From an uncultured bacterium (GTDB lineage: Bacteria; Bacillota_I; Bacilli_A; RF39; UBA660): a DNA stretch of 64,000 nt. Positions 47,272 to 57,402 of the stretch are shown here, in pieces (positions within the stretch are counted from its first letter, which is position 1; each line of letters begins with the position of its first letter). A program made the position numbers and the translations under genes. The stretch covers positions 5,783-69,782 of the forward strand of contig CAUERX010000003.1 of NCBI GenBank assembly GCA_959020415.1. The letters are read 5' to 3'. The notes beneath the pieces were generated by a model that made no database searches, was not told where the DNA came from, and saw only the letters and a program-made list of their open reading frames with translations.

Positions 47272-48795
47272 GTGATCAGGGTGGCAGAAGAAAACATAAA
47301 GAAACCAAAGTTCAGTGAAATTAAAGATTGGCTGCAAGAACATTTAGATGAGCCAAATCATTTAATACTTAAAAATGACAAGTTAAGTAGAATTGTCACT
47401 GTTAATTCTCTTTCTGGAGGAAGGGAATATATAATTCCTGTAAAGCCGTTAAAGCCTAGTGTTGATGCTTCAAAGGAAGAAATTTTAGAATTTAAAAAGT
47501 CACTTATGGGATTTAGAGAAGCCTGGGTTGACGTTTATTTAGGGTGTTTAGATTATTTAAAACAGAATGTGGCTTTATTGTTTGAAACTGGTAAAATTGA
47601 ACATTCTGAAGATGGTAATACAGTTGTAATTGAAGATAGAGAATTTAAGTTTACTGACGAGATGGACAGTGTAGCTTATATTAATATGTTAGAAGAGGTA
47701 TCAAAGGCATATGATAAAAAAATAGAAGACGAACGTCAGCGAAAGGCGGATAATCTTTCAAAAATTGCTGTTCATAAAATTACAGTACCACTTGACCCGG
47801 TTGCTAGCACTTTAGGAAAAACAAATGCAGAGATGGTAATATCTGGTGGCGTAACAGAGCTTACTAGTTTACCAGAAGGGATTTATCCTATCATCGGCGA
47901 GCAGCTTTCTTTGAGCAATGAGCCACAATTTACGCAGGTTGATTATGAAAATTATGCTGCTAATAAAAATGCAAATATAGAAGTGCCTGTTTATGAAAAA
48001 CCAAAATCGGAAATGGAAGTAATTATTCCAACTCCAGACGAAGATGTTTCTAAAGCAGTAAAGACAGAAATGGCACCGAAAAAAAAGAGAAAAGCTAAAA
48101 TTGTCGATTTAGAAAAACTTAGAAATTTACAATCTACTAAAGCGGTGTATGCTAAATTGACTGATGATGATCGTTTATCAAAGTCAGACTGTGATGCACT
48201 GCGTGATAAGGAAATTATTTTTGTTCCAGGAACAGCATCAAATAAAGGTGAACCAATTTTTATCGATAATATGGATTTTCTTCAGGATGTTATTCCAAAT
48301 GTCCCAAGAGCGGCTTTTATAAGTGGTAAAGCGGTTTCAATGGAAAAAGTTCCAAAAGAAGCGTTAAAAATAATTAAGCTATGTAGTGAGGATGTTAATT
48401 CAGGGATTATTTGTTATGAGGTTAATAATGATGCGTTAAGAGGCTTAATTGATGATAAAGAAAATTTCTTATCAGCAATGATAGCAGTTGAACAAATGAA
48501 TGAAGTTTTGGCCAACGAAGGATATAGACCAATGGTTTGTATGGACTTAGATGTAAGAAGTACTTATGATCAAGTAAACGCTGAATTAAGACCAGGGTAT
48601 GAAGAGCAATATCCTATTTTGACACGTATATCTTCTAGACAGTTAGATGAAGTTGATGATAATATGAATTTGATTGTTATGGATCCGGGATATGAAAATG
48701 ACCAAGTTATTGTCGATGGCAATACACAAGAATATATAGATCAAGCAATTAGAAATATAAAACATGTTAAAATGTCAAGTCAGCAAGCTGCTTGA
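47272..48795 (+). CDS. Hypothetical 507-aa protein
   Basis: Long ORF with a GTG start. No family recognised. Confidence 0.6.
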   Translation: MIRVAEENIKKPKFSEIKDWLQEHLDEPNHLILKNDKLSRIVTVNSLSGGREYIIPVKPLKPSVDASKEEILEFKKSLMGFREAWVDVYLGCLDYLKQNVALLFETGKIEHSEDGNTVVIEDREFKFTDEMDSVAYINMLEEVSKAYDKKIEDERQRKADNLSKIAVHKITVPLDPVASTLGKTNAEMVISGGVTELTSLPEGIYPIIGEQLSLSNEPQFTQVDYENYAANKNANIEVPVYEKPKSEMEVIIPTPDEDVSKAVKTEMAPKKKRKAKIVDLEKLRNLQSTKAVYAKLTDDDRLSKSDCDALRDKEIIFVPGTASNKGEPIFIDNMDFLQDVIPNVPRAAFISGKAVSMEKVPKEALKIIKLCSEDVNSGIICYEVNNDALRGLIDDKENFLSAMIAVEQMNEVLANEGYRPMVCMDLDVRSTYDQVNAELRPGYEEQYPILTRISSRQLDEVDDNMNLIVMDPGYENDQVIVDGNTQEYIDQAIRNIKHVKMSSQQAA

Positions 48796-48852
48796 TATTT
48801 TTTTTGATTTTATTAAGTAACTAGCGTATAATTAATATAGCGAGGCGAAAGA

Positions 48853-51171
48853 ATGCTAAAATTAACAAAAATTAAAAAGAGTTATGTAACAGGTAATTTT
48901 ACGCAACATGCTTTGAAAGGCATAAGCTTAGAATTTAGAGACAATGAATTTGTTGCTATATTAGGTCCTTCAGGTAGTGGTAAAACTACTTTATTAAATA
49001 TTGTTGGAGGATTGGATAATTACGATAGCGGTGATTTAATTATCAATGGAAAGTCAACTAAACATTTTAAAGCGTCTGAATGGGATGCTTATCGTAATAA
49101 TTCAGTTGGTTTTATTTTTCAAAGTTATAATTTAATTCCTCATATTTCTATTTTAGAAAATGTGGAAATGGGAATGACTTTAAGTGGAGTATCTACTAAA
49201 GCTCGTAAAGAAAAAGCTTTGGAGTTATTAAAAAAAGTGAGCCTTGAAGAACATTATCATAAAAAACCAAGTCAATTATCAGGTGGGCAAATGCAAAGGG
49301 TGGCAATTGCTCGTGCTTTAGCAAATGATCCAGATATTATTTTGGCTGATGAGCCTACTGGAGCTTTGGATACAAAGACTAGTAAGCAAATCATGAATTT
49401 AATTAAAGATATTGCTAAAGAAAAATTGGTTATCATGGTTACGCATAATCCAGAATTAGCTAATGAATATGCTAGTAGGGTAGTTGAGATGCGTGATGGT
49501 GAGGTTACTAGTGATAGTAATCCATTAACAGAAGCTGAAAAAGAAGAAGATAATTTTTTGTTAAATAAAACTTCAATGGGATTTTTAACAGCCTTGAAGC
49601 TATCTTTTAATAATATTAAAACTAAAAAAGGAAGAACAGCTTTAACAGCTTTTGCGTCTAGTATTGGTATTATAGGTATTGCTCTTATTTTATCACTGTC
49701 AAATGGATTTAAGATTGAAGTAGATAATTTTGAACAAAATTCATTGGCACAGTCACCGATTATGATTACAAGTCAATCGATGAAAATGGATGAAGAGACA
49801 ATGAAAAAAGTTCAAGGTGGTAGCGATCTTAAAAAGTATCCTACCGAAAAAACAGTATTTGCTCAAGATGATATGATGGATACAGTTTTACATAATAATA
49901 AAATAACGCAGGATTATGTTGATTATATTGGAAAACTGGATAAGGAAAAAATATCTGGTTATACTTATGAAAAAGGAACTAATTTAAATGTAGTTTGTAA
50001 AAACGCCGATGGCACTTATTCTAAAGTAGAAATGCCAAGTGGTGGTGAGAGTATGCAATTATGGACTTTATTGCCTAGTAATCCTAATAAAGATGAAGAT
50101 GGGGTTATTGAAAAGAACTATGATGTTTTAGCTGGTGAGCTTGATGAAACAACACCTGGGCTTATTTTACAAGTTAATAGTAAGAATCAAGTTTCAGCCT
50201 CAGTTCTTAAACAATTAGGATTTGATGGTAAAGAAAAAGTAAGTTTTTCAGATATCATGGAAAAAGAACTTAAAGTAATTGTTAATGATGACTATTACCA
50301 AAAAATTGGCGGGAACTTTATACCAAACCAAGATTTAGGAAAAATGTATAATAGTTCTGAGAGTATTACAGTTAAGGTTCAAGCGATTATCCGTGGTAAA
50401 GATGGTAAGGAAATGGTTACTAATGGTAGTGGCTTAGGATATACTAATGCTTTAATTGATATTATCATTGATAAGAATAAAAATTCAGAGATTGTTAAAG
50501 CTCAGGAAAAAGCGGATTATAATATTTTAACACATCAAGAATTTGATAATAAAGAGGGAAGTACCAATACTAAAGAAATTATGATGGGCTATTTAGGGGC
50601 TGAGGCCTTACCAGTGGCTATTTACATTTATCCAAAAGACTTTGATACTAAAGATTATATTACTAATTATTTGGATGATTATAATAAGAATAAGTCTGAA
50701 TCGGATATAGTTCAATATACAGATACAGCTAAGATGATCTCTTCTTTAACAGGGAACATTATGGATGCAATTACTGTGGTATTGGTGGCATTTTCATCGA
50801 TTTCATTAGTTGTATCATCAATTATGATTGGAATTATTACCTATATTTCAGTATTAGAGAGAACTAAAGAGATTGGAATTTTACGAGCGCTTGGAGCTCG
50901 TAAGAAAGATATCAAACGAGTATTTAATGCAGAGACATTTATCATTGGTATTTTTTCAGGATTGCTTGGAATTGGCATAGCTTATTTATTAACGGTTCCG
51001 ACTAATATAATTATTGAAAATCTTTCAGGATTAGCTAATGTCGCAAAGCTAAATCCAATTCATGCAATAGTATTAATTATTATTAGTATGGTATTAACGG
51101 TTATTGGTGGGGCAATCCCGGCAAACATGGCTTCGAAAAAGGATCCAGTAGAAGCATTAAGAACTGAATAA
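48853..51171 (+). CDS. MacB-like ABC transporter, fused ATPase + FtsX-type permease
   Basis: GPSGSGKTT, LSGGQMQRVAIARAL and ILADEPTGALD, then a large extracytoplasmic domain and a C-terminal FtsX 4-TM module. Confidence 0.9.
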   Translation: MLKLTKIKKSYVTGNFTQHALKGISLEFRDNEFVAILGPSGSGKTTLLNIVGGLDNYDSGDLIINGKSTKHFKASEWDAYRNNSVGFIFQSYNLIPHISILENVEMGMTLSGVSTKARKEKALELLKKVSLEEHYHKKPSQLSGGQMQRVAIARALANDPDIILADEPTGALDTKTSKQIMNLIKDIAKEKLVIMVTHNPELANEYASRVVEMRDGEVTSDSNPLTEAEKEEDNFLLNKTSMGFLTALKLSFNNIKTKKGRTALTAFASSIGIIGIALILSLSNGFKIEVDNFEQNSLAQSPIMITSQSMKMDEETMKKVQGGSDLKKYPTEKTVFAQDDMMDTVLHNNKITQDYVDYIGKLDKEKISGYTYEKGTNLNVVCKNADGTYSKVEMPSGGESMQLWTLLPSNPNKDEDGVIEKNYDVLAGELDETTPGLILQVNSKNQVSASVLKQLGFDGKEKVSFSDIMEKELKVIVNDDYYQKIGGNFIPNQDLGKMYNSSESITVKVQAIIRGKDGKEMVTNGSGLGYTNALIDIIIDKNKNSEIVKAQEKADYNILTHQEFDNKEGSTNTKEIMMGYLGAEALPVAIYIYPKDFDTKDYITNYLDDYNKNKSESDIVQYTDTAKMISSLTGNIMDAITVVLVAFSSISLVVSSIMIGIITYISVLERTKEIGILRALGARKKDIKRVFNAETFIIGIFSGLLGIGIAYLLTVPTNIIIENLSGLANVAKLNPIHAIVLIIISMVLTVIGGAIPANMASKKDPVEALRTE

Positions 51172-51850
51172 GTTGACAAAATTTTAAAAGGCGCTATAAT
51201 AGATGGCGTCTTTTTGAAAGGGGAATTTAAAAATATGCAGTTAAAAGATTCACCAATTCAAATACTTGAAAAAGCAGGATTTAGATAAGCTTTATGATTT
51301 TGTATTGGCAAAACCTTTATTTGACGATTTTAATGAATAGTGTTGTCAATGCCGAGAAGCGGCTAAAACATATGCTGGAATATTAAAGTTAACTAGTGTG
51401 TTAGGGTTAGAAGATTACGACAATTCTCGAAAAGTTGAATATGGTGTGGCCTGGCTACAATACGTTCTTATTTCAAAGATAGAGAAATAGATAAAATGAA
51501 AGAGGTACTTTTTGTATTTTACCATACAAAGGCAATTCTTTGGTTTTAATGTAGAATCCTTTAACTAATTGTGATTTAATTAGGGCTGATTTTAGTTGCC
51601 GTAAAATGATAACCGTTGTTTTGAGTTTAAGTTCAGAAGTGATAAGAAAAGAAAATTATTATATGTGAGTGATCTTGCTAAAAAACAATTCGGACGTAAA
51701 AATGGAAATGGTTACTTTTTATGATCAGTATATGGCTTATGTAACGCATACCAAATTTTTAAAACCGAATGGTTTTAGATAAAAGACAGAAATTGTCTTT
51801 TTTTAAACATAATATTGGTTATAAATTCCATATTAATAGAAGGTGATACT

Positions 51851-52744
51851 ATGAAGGAAATATATTTAGCTGGCGGTTGTTTTTGGGCAGTACAGAAGTA
51901 TTTTGATTTGATTTTTGGCGTTCTTGAAACAGAAGTAGGGTATGTTAATGGCAGAAGTGCGCGAACTAATTATTTTAGAATTCCCAAAACGGGTCATGCT
52001 GAAGCAGTTCATATTATTTATAATCCTAAAGTATTATCTTTAGAAAAATTACTTAATTATTATTATGAAGTTATTGATCCAACTAGTTTGAATAAGCAAG
52101 GTAATGATGCTGGAAAGCAGTATAGAACTGGAATATATTACACAGATAAAAGTGATGTTCCTTTAATAATCAAATCTTTAGAGGAACTTCAAAAAAAATA
52201 TACTAAAAAAATAGTTGTTGAAGTTGAACAATTAAAAAACTTTGTTAAGGCTGAAGGGTATCATCAAGATTTTCTAAAAAACAATCCTTTTGGTTATTGC
52301 CATATTTCAAATGAGAAATTTGAGGAAGTTAAAACAAAACAATTTGATGATATGACTTACCGAGTTACAAAATTCAAAGAAACAGAACCGGCTTTTGACA
52401 ATGAATATGTCGACAATTTTGAAGCGGGTATATATGTTGATAAAGAAACTAATAAACCTTTGTTTTCTTCAAAAGATAAGTATGACGCTAGATGCGGGTG
52501 GCCAACTTTTTATAAATCTTCTTTTGAAGATGAAATTGAAAAGCATATTGATTTAAGAAATTTAATGATTAGAATGGAAGTTATGTCTAAAACTGGTAAA
52601 AATCATTTAGGACATCTTTTCTATGATGGCCCAGTAAATTATGGTGGTAAAAGGTTTTGTATAAATAGTGCGGCTTTAAGATTTATTCCGAAAGATAAAA
52701 TGATTGAAGAGGGATTTGAAGACTACTTGAAATATGTTGATTAA
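51851..52744 (+). CDS. msrAB: Bifunctional peptide methionine sulfoxide reductase MsrA/MsrB
   Basis: GGCFW MsrA active site, and C-terminal MsrB motifs (GWPTF, RFCINSAAL). Start set at ATG 51851 with a GAAGGTG RBS. Confidence 0.9.
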   Translation: MKEIYLAGGCFWAVQKYFDLIFGVLETEVGYVNGRSARTNYFRIPKTGHAEAVHIIYNPKVLSLEKLLNYYYEVIDPTSLNKQGNDAGKQYRTGIYYTDKSDVPLIIKSLEELQKKYTKKIVVEVEQLKNFVKAEGYHQDFLKNNPFGYCHISNEKFEEVKTKQFDDMTYRVTKFKETEPAFDNEYVDNFEAGIYVDKETNKPLFSSKDKYDARCGWPTFYKSSFEDEIEKHIDLRNLMIRMEVMSKTGKNHLGHLFYDGPVNYGGKRFCINSAALRFIPKDKMIEEGFEDYLKYVD

Positions 52745-52787
52745 AAGGTGAATAATAAATTTATTTATCTTTTTTTATATTTTATGG

Positions 52788-52827
52788 TTGACAAAAGTCT
52801 TTGTTATTAATATAATGTTAATAACAA
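52788..52827 (+). promoter_or_regulatory. Consensus sigma-A promoter of the NAD operon, overlapped by a 27-bp inverted repeat (candidate NrtR/NiaR operator)
   Basis: TTGACA (52788-93), a 17-nt spacer, then TATAAT (52811-16). TTGTTATTAA (52801-10), N7, TTAATAACAA (52818-27) is a perfect inverted repeat spanning the -10 box. Confidence 0.7.
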
Positions 52828-52897
52828 GTGAAAAAACTTGATTGCATAGATAGTTAATAATGCTAGGGTGTAATCACTGATATTTTTTTGAAAAGTG

Positions 52898-52918
52898 TTA
52901 TTAACAAAATATTAATAA
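52898..52918 (+). promoter_or_regulatory. Second 21-bp palindrome TTATTAA-N7-TTAATAA upstream of pncA
   Basis: Same half-sites as the promoter-overlapping repeat. Includes TGTTATTAACA (52896-906). Confidence 0.5.
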
Positions 52919-52934
52919 GAAAAGAGGAGAGAAA

Positions 52935-53540
52935 ATGGGAAAATTAAAAGAGATAGAAGATTTACTATTAGTTGTAGATATGGTTAATGGTTTTGTAAAA
53001 GAAGGAGCTTTAGCTGATCCATATATTAAAAGGCTTATTCCCTTACAACAAAAACTTTTAGAATATTATTATGGAAACGAAAATAAAGAAATTGCTTTTG
53101 TAAAAGATGCACATCATAAAGGGTCAAGAGAATTCACTGATTTCCCGGAACACTGCATTTTAGGAACTGCCGAAGCTGAACTAGTGAAGGAGTTAAGAGG
53201 ATATGAAGGTAATGCTTTTATTTATCCGAAAAATTCAACTACTGTGATGTTGGCCGATGGATTTATGTCTGATCTTGAAGCCATGAAAAACTTAAGACGA
53301 GTAGTGATTACAGGGTGCTGTACAGATATTTGTATTATGAATGCAGCAATGCCATTAGTAAATTATTTTAATGAATATGATTTTGATTCTGAAGTTTATG
53401 TTCCAAGGGAACTATCTGAAACTTATGAAATTCCAGGAGTTCATGAACGCGAACAATACAATAATATGGCATTTTTCCTAATGAGCCAAGCGGGGGTTAA
53501 GATAGAAATGCCTAATGATTTACAAAAGGTTTTAAAATGA
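52935..53540 (+). CDS. pncA: Nicotinamidase / isochorismatase-family cysteine hydrolase
   Basis: LLVVDMVNGF, and the catalytic Cys context ITGCCTDICI. First gene of the NAD salvage cluster. Confidence 0.7.
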   Translation: MGKLKEIEDLLLVVDMVNGFVKEGALADPYIKRLIPLQQKLLEYYYGNENKEIAFVKDAHHKGSREFTDFPEHCILGTAEAELVKELRGYEGNAFIYPKNSTTVMLADGFMSDLEAMKNLRRVVITGCCTDICIMNAAMPLVNYFNEYDFDSEVYVPRELSETYEIPGVHEREQYNNMAFFLMSQAGVKIEMPNDLQKVLK

Positions 53541-53593
53541 TCTTAAATTTATATTTTGTGTTATTAACATTTTGATAGAAAGAAGATGGTGAA

Positions 53594-55054
53594 ATGGAAA
53601 ATAAAACTTTAGCAACAGATTTTTATGAATTAACAATGGCTCAAGTATATCAGGATCAAGGCGAGCAAGATCAAATTGTTTATTTTGATGCCTTCTTTAG
53701 AAAAACTCCTTTTAATGGCGGCTATGCAGTTATGGGAGGTTCTGATGAAATTATTGATTATATTAAAAACTTAAAATTTACTGATAAAGATATCGAATAC
53801 TTAAGATTAACAGGACAATTTAATGATAATTTACTCAACACTTTAAAAGATTTTAAATTTACAGGGGATTTATATATGGTTCCTGATGGAACACCAGTTT
53901 TTCCTTCAGAACCTGTTATGACAGTTAGGACAAATATGGTAGAAGCTAGTATTTTAGAAACAGCACTTTTATCGTATTTAAATGCTGGAATTATATTTAC
54001 AACCGCAGCTAAAAGAATTACAGAAGCGGCATCAGGGAAACCGGTGATGGAGTTTGGCTTGCGTAGATCACACGGAATAGAAGCGGGAATAATGGCTAGT
54101 AAATGTGCGATTATTGGGGGCTGCGCTGGAACATCTAATGTGCTTGCCGGTAAGAAATTTAATTTAAAATTAATGGGAACGATGGCGCACAGTTTAGTTA
54201 TTAATGGGCATAATGAATATGATTCGTTTTTAAAATATGCTAAAACATATCCAGAAAATACCGTTTTATTAGTTGATAGCTACGATACTTTAAAAAGCGG
54301 AATCCCTAATGCGATTAAAGTAGCTCAAGATTATTTAATACCAAATGGTTATAGGTTATCAGGAATTAGAATAGATAGTGGAGATTTAGCTTACCTTACT
54401 AAAGAAAGCCGAAGATTACTTGATGAAGCAGGACTTACCGATACTAAAATTTGTGTTTCCAATGGGTTAGATGCGAAAACTATTGAAAGCTTATTAAATC
54501 AAGGGGCGCCTATTGATTCATTTGGTGTTGGTGAAAACATTTCATCGCCGAAGGTTATTGGTAGTTGTGTATATAAATTAGCAGCTAAAGATGAGTGCAC
54601 TGCGATATCACCTAGAATTAAAATAAGTAATAGTAAAGCTAAAACGACAAATCCAGGTTATAAAAAAGTTTATCGTTTTTATGATAAAGAAAGTGGTTTT
54701 GCTTTAGGTGATGTAGTTACTTTGCACGATGAAAAGGTCCCTACAGATGGTTATACTTTAATTGATCCAAATAATAATTTAAATCGTCAAACACTTACGG
54801 ATTACGATGTAAGAGAATTACAGGTTCCTGTTTTTATAAATGGCGAGTTGGTATATGAAAATAATTCAGTTATGGAGAGACAAGATTATTGTAGTAGACA
54901 GATGGAAACTCTATATCCAGAGGTTAAGCGTTTAGATAATCCACATGAATATTATGTAGATTTATCCGAAGATTTACTTTCGTTAAAAACAAATATGATT
55001 AATGAATCAAAAGAAAATGGTTTTCAATATAGTAAGTGTGTAAGCCATGAATAG
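53594..55054 (+). CDS. pncB: Nicotinate phosphoribosyltransferase
   Basis: TDFYELTMAQVY N-terminus, MEFGLRR, GTMAHS, DSGD. 486 aa. Confidence 0.92.
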   Translation: MENKTLATDFYELTMAQVYQDQGEQDQIVYFDAFFRKTPFNGGYAVMGGSDEIIDYIKNLKFTDKDIEYLRLTGQFNDNLLNTLKDFKFTGDLYMVPDGTPVFPSEPVMTVRTNMVEASILETALLSYLNAGIIFTTAAKRITEAASGKPVMEFGLRRSHGIEAGIMASKCAIIGGCAGTSNVLAGKKFNLKLMGTMAHSLVINGHNEYDSFLKYAKTYPENTVLLVDSYDTLKSGIPNAIKVAQDYLIPNGYRLSGIRIDSGDLAYLTKESRRLLDEAGLTDTKICVSNGLDAKTIESLLNQGAPIDSFGVGENISSPKVIGSCVYKLAAKDECTAISPRIKISNSKAKTTNPGYKKVYRFYDKESGFALGDVVTLHDEKVPTDGYTLIDPNNNLNRQTLTDYDVRELQVPVFINGELVYENNSVMERQDYCSRQMETLYPEVKRLDNPHEYYVDLSEDLLSLKTNMINESKENGFQYSKCVSHE

Positions 55055-55080
55055 AAAAAAATATAGAAAGAGGTGATAAT

Positions 55081-55830
55081 ATGGAATTTGATGCTCAAAA
55101 AGAAACTAATAATATTATAAATTTCATTAGAAAATATTACGAAGAAAATAATCTTGGTGGAGTAGTTATTGGGATTAGTGGTGGCAAGGATAGTGCAGTA
55201 GTATCGGCTTTATTTACAAAAGCGCTTGGCAAAGAAAATGTTATTGGTGTAACAATGCTGTGTCATTCAAAAGAAGATGATATGAGGGATGCTGAAGTAA
55301 TTAGTGACTATTTCGGTTTTGAGCTTTACGAAGTTAATCTTACTAATACATTTGATGTTATGAAAAAAAGTCTAAATATTAATAGTTTTAATAGCGAGGA
55401 ACTTTTGGATAGTGATATTAATTTAAAACCGCGTTTAAGAATGGCAACGCTTTATTATTTAGCAGCAGCTTTTAGTAAAAATAAAAAACAAACATATTTA
55501 GTAGCCGGAACAGGAAATGCTTGTGAAATATATGTTGGTTATTTTACTAAAGGTGGCGATGGGATGAGTGATATTAATGTTCTTGCTAATTACAAGGTTT
55601 CTGAAGTGATTAAAATAGGTGAGTATTTAAATGTGCCTAGAGAAATTTTATATAAAACACCAAGTGATGGGCTTAGCCAGCAAACAGATGAGGATAAATT
55701 GGGAGTTACATATAAAGATATTGAAATGGTTATGAATAAAGAAGATGTGCTACCAAACGTATATGAAATTATAAAAAAAATGAATAAAAGTAATAGTCAT
55801 AAAAAAGGGATAGTTATTTATAGGAGATGA
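55081..55830 (+). CDS. nadE: NH3-dependent NAD+ synthetase
   Basis: GISGGKDSAV PP-loop. YFTKGGDG. 249 aa. Confidence 0.9.
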   Translation: MEFDAQKETNNIINFIRKYYEENNLGGVVIGISGGKDSAVVSALFTKALGKENVIGVTMLCHSKEDDMRDAEVISDYFGFELYEVNLTNTFDVMKKSLNINSFNSEELLDSDINLKPRLRMATLYYLAAAFSKNKKQTYLVAGTGNACEIYVGYFTKGGDGMSDINVLANYKVSEVIKIGEYLNVPREILYKTPSDGLSQQTDEDKLGVTYKDIEMVMNKEDVLPNVYEIIKKMNKSNSHKKGIVIYRR

Positions 55831-55835
55831 TTTAA

Positions 55836-56792
55836 ATGGAAATTGTTAAAACTCATACAGGAAAAATTTTTGTTGATAGTGAAAGAAAATTAGAATTTTT
55901 GACGGTTGGTGATTACGGAAAAGAAAATAATATTAAAGCGGATTTTTTAAATCTTTATAAAGAGATAAATGGTGTTGCTAATACTGAAGTTGATTTAACT
56001 AAAAAATGGGTGGCGACAATAAGTACACAAAAGGGTTGCCCAATGAATTGTTTATTTTGTGATTGCCCTAAATTTGGTTTTTATGGTAACGCTTCTTTAG
56101 AAGATTTAATTTATCAGATAGAGACGATTTTAAAAAGTGAAACTGTTAATAATACTGATAGATTTAATGTACATTTTGCTAGAATGGGTGAGCCGACATT
56201 TAATAATAATGTTTTAGATTTTACGAAAAATTATTTAAGGAAAATTGTTTCTGAACATATTGATGCGAAAACTATTCATCCGGTTATTTCAACGATGTTA
56301 CCTAAAAATAATCCTTTTTTAGAAAAATTTATTTTAGAATGGTGCATTATTAAAAATGAAATATATAATGGAGAGGCCGGATTACAGTTTAGTATAAATT
56401 CTACTGATGATAAAGCGCGTGATTTGATGTTCGATAATAAAAGCTTGAGTTTACCAGAGATATCTAAACTAGCTAGGAAATTACCTAAACCGGTTGGCAG
56501 GAAGTATACTTTAAATTTTCCTGTCACTAAAGATACAATTATTGATGCTAAAAAATTGTCTAGTTTGTTTGATAAAAATTACTTTATTGTTAAGATTACG
56601 CCAATTCATGAAACTAAATCAGCAGTTGCTAATGGTTTTGATCCAACTACGACATATGATGATTATGACGTTTATCGAAAATTTGAAAAGCCACTTGTTG
56701 AAGCAGGCTTTGATGTAATTGTTTTTATTCCCAGCAAAGAAGAAGATAGTGATAGAATCACATGTGGCAATGCACTTATAAGTATGGTGTAA
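55836..56792 (+). CDS. Radical SAM protein of unknown function embedded in the NAD operon
   Basis: CPMNCLFCDC matches CX3CX2C. ARMGEPTFN is a GGE-like SAM motif. 5-nt gap after nadE and 4 to 10 nt before nadD. Confidence 0.75.
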   Translation: MEIVKTHTGKIFVDSERKLEFLTVGDYGKENNIKADFLNLYKEINGVANTEVDLTKKWVATISTQKGCPMNCLFCDCPKFGFYGNASLEDLIYQIETILKSETVNNTDRFNVHFARMGEPTFNNNVLDFTKNYLRKIVSEHIDAKTIHPVISTMLPKNNPFLEKFILEWCIIKNEIYNGEAGLQFSINSTDDKARDLMFDNKSLSLPEISKLARKLPKPVGRKYTLNFPVTKDTIIDAKKLSSLFDKNYFIVKITPIHETKSAVANGFDPTTTYDDYDVYRKFEKPLVEAGFDVIVFIPSKEEDSDRITCGNALISMV

Positions 56793-56802
56793 CTAGAAGA
56801 AA

Positions 56803-57348
56803 ATTGGAATTTATGGTGGAGCTTTTAATCCTCCACATGATGGCCATAAGCAAATTGTTTTAGATTTATTGGAATTTAATTATTTGGATAAAGTCGTATG
56901 TGTTCCAGTTGGTGATAGTTATTTTAAGCAGAATTTAGTTTCGTGTTATCACCGAATAAAAATGTTACAAATTGTGTTTAGGGATAATCAGGACGTGGTG
57001 ATTAGTGACTACGAAAATAAACACAGGGTTGTTTATACATATCAGACTTTAGATTATTTTCATAAGTTATATCCTCGTGATGAAATTTATTTTATATGTG
57101 GTAGTGACAATATACGGGAGATAACAACATGGAAAAATTATGAATATATTTTAGGTAATTATAAAGTATTAACAATTTCTAGAAATGGTTATAGTTTAGA
57201 AACTAAAAATTCAGCGTCAATTATTGAAACAAGCGTTATGCCGAACGATATTTCGTCAACTGAAATTAGAAAAAATCTATCTAGTAAGGGTATCGATAGT
57301 GACGTTAGAAAATATATTTATGAAAACGGATTATATATTAGTAATTAA
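56803..57348 (+). CDS. nadD: Nicotinate-nucleotide adenylyltransferase; start codon non-canonical or damaged
   Basis: In-frame KKIGIYGGAFNPPHDGHKQIV (56797-) carries the essential GxFxPxHxGH motif. It lies upstream of the first canonical start (TTG 56869) and just after an in-frame TAG (56794-96). ATT 56803 is the only plausible start. Confidence 0.7.
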   Translation: MGIYGGAFNPPHDGHKQIVLDLLEFNYLDKVVCVPVGDSYFKQNLVSCYHRIKMLQIVFRDNQDVVISDYENKHRVVYTYQTLDYFHKLYPRDEIYFICGSDNIREITTWKNYEYILGNYKVLTISRNGYSLETKNSASIIETSVMPNDISSTEIRKNLSSKGIDSDVRKYIYENGLYISN

Positions 57349-57402
57349 TATATGGTGTTAAAATTTATTTACTTGAGTTATAATATAGATGGAGGAATAA
57401 TA

